A DNA stretch of 64,000 nucleotides from Planctomycetota bacterium (GTDB lineage Bacteria; Planctomycetota; Phycisphaerae; Phycisphaerales; Phycisphaeraceae), in the NCBI GenBank assembly GCA_039201235.1, contig JBCCRT010000003.1, positions 357 to 64,356 on the forward strand, given 5' to 3'. Of the stretch, positions 62,741-64,000 are shown in pieces. A program made the position numbers and the translations under genes. Every line of letters begins with the position of its first letter. Position 1 is the first letter of the stretch. Under the pieces are notes generated by a model, which was not told where the DNA came from, did no database searches, and saw only the letters and a program-made list of their open reading frames with translations.

Positions 62741-64000
62741 TCAGTGGATCAGGTACAGCAGCGGGAACAGGAAAATCCAGATCAGGTCGACCAGGTGCCA
62801 ATAGAGGCCGACGAGGTCGACGGGGGTGTAGTACTCGGAGCTGAACGCGGGGGCGGCGAAGCTTCTGAGCCGGCGGTAGTTGAGTACGCCGCTGGCGATG
62901 GCCGCGACGCCGCAGACCGCGATCGACACGATCAGCCAGACCGGGAACGCGACCAGCGAGCCGACAAAGAAGAGGTAGCCACCCACCGCGACCGAAGCGG
63001 CCGGGCCGAGGACGGCCTTGGTGATCGGCCCGCCGGCACCCCAGGTGATCCAGCCGATGAGCCCCATGCCGATCAGCACGTGGACACCGTGCAGCCCGGT
63101 CATCATGAAGTAGATCTGGAAGAATATGTGGGTGGCCTGCGTGTCGTCGGGGGCCAGCTCGTCGAACTCGGGGTAGTGGCTGCCGCGGTGCTGGGCCTGA
63201 ATCTCGCCGACGCCGGTGAACATGGACTGGGCCAGGGCGATTTCCGGGTTGCCGTTGACCACGACGTCGGACACCAGGCCGACCTCGGGCTCGGCGGGCC
63301 GGGCGATCTGGGAGCCCTCGACGACCGGGGCGGCGGGGGGCACCGGCTCGTAGTCCTGCTGCTCGTTCGGGTTCGCGGGCCCGGCGTCGGGGCTGCCCGC
63401 GGCGGATGGGACGAACGTGCCGTCGGGCGTGGGCGAATCGGTCATGTCCACGTCTTCGTCGCCCGAGACGTGTTCGTCGCCGCCTAGCGGCTGGCCGTCC
63501 TCGGCGAGACCGATCAATCCGCCTTCTTCGTGGTGGTCTTCGTCGTGATGCTTACCGCTGCCGTGTTGATCTCCCCCGTGGCCTTCGCCCTTGTCGTAGC
63601 CGTGGTGCGAGACGTAGTCGGCCGCTTTCTTCGCCTTGTCCGCGTCGGCGAGCTGGCCGCCGGACTGATAAAAAGCGTTGAGCCCGCCGACCCACAGGCT
63701 CTTTTCATACTTCGATTCGTATTCGATGGTCTTGATCACCATGAACCCGCCGCCGCCGAGCAGGGTCAGGCTCAGCAGGGCCACGAGTAGTCGGGATTGA
63801 CCGAGCTGGGCCGCCCGCACGCCCCACGCCATCGTAAACGACGAGGCGAGCAGCACGGCCGTATTGATCGCGCCCCAGTTGGTGTCGAGCGCCTGGTGCG
63901 CGAACAGGAACACCTCGGGGTGGTTGCCGCGGTACACGGCGTAGGCGCAGAACAAACCACCGAACATCAGGATCTCGGTGGCGAGGAACACCCACATCCC
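62741..64000 (-). CDS. ctaE: cytochrome c oxidase subunit III with large insertions (5' end beyond the window)
   Basis: GMWVFLATEILMFGGLF, NTAVLLASSFTMA, YFMMTGLHGVHV, GLYWHLVDLIWIFLFPLLY. Confidence 0.9.
   Translation of the reverse strand, partial: GMWVFLATEILMFGGLFCAYAVYRGNHPEVFLFAHQALDTNWGAINTAVLLASSFTMAWGVRAAQLGQSRLLVALLSLTLLGGGGFMVIKTIEYESKYEKSLWVGGLNAFYQSGGQLADADKAKKAADYVSHHGYDKGEGHGGDQHGSGKHHDEDHHEEGGLIGLAEDGQPLGGDEHVSGDEDVDMTDSPTPDGTFVPSAAGSPDAGPANPNEQQDYEPVPPAAPVVEGSQIARPAEPEVGLVSDVVVNGNPEIALAQSMFTGVGEIQAQHRGSHYPEFDELAPDDTQATHIFFQIYFMMTGLHGVHVLIGMGLIGWITWGAGGPITKAVLGPAASVAVGGYLFFVGSLVAFPVWLIVSIAVCGVAAIASGVLNYRRLRSFAAPAFSSEYYTPVDLVGLYWHLVDLIWIFLFPLLYLIH

Overview
High-GC bacterial DNA, most likely a planctomycete (Phycisphaerae-like). 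This is inferred from the PEP-CTERM proteins, a DUF1559-type prepilin protein, a LEPR-XLL giant protein and a CxxCGY-CPECG membrane protein. Housekeeping genes sit at both ends: miaA and acnB on the left; efp, truD, ilvE, rpsT, rplM-rpsI and cytochrome c oxidase subunits III/IV on the right. The accessory middle holds four blocks. (1) An operon of two membrane-fusion proteins, an M50 protease-adaptor fusion and a truncated secondary SecA, followed by a ~2700-aa LEPR-XLL surface protein. (2) An operon of FHA-FHA-ABC transporter, lipoprotein, CsgG-like protein, M48 peptidase and Ser/Thr kinase. (3) A tightly linked four-gene operon: patatin, SLOG-SLATT-SLATT, Zn-ribbon-TIR-STAND-HEAT-TM, second patatin. 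This is the best candidate for an undescribed nucleotide-signalling defence system. (4) A ~14-kb decayed island bounded by tRNA-Gly(CCC) and a duplicated 5' half of that tRNA. It carries remnants of hsdR, SIR2-like, NucS-like, IS5 and IS630 genes around an intact GH9 glycan-utilisation cluster. All domain calls were made by eye from motifs; no searches were run.
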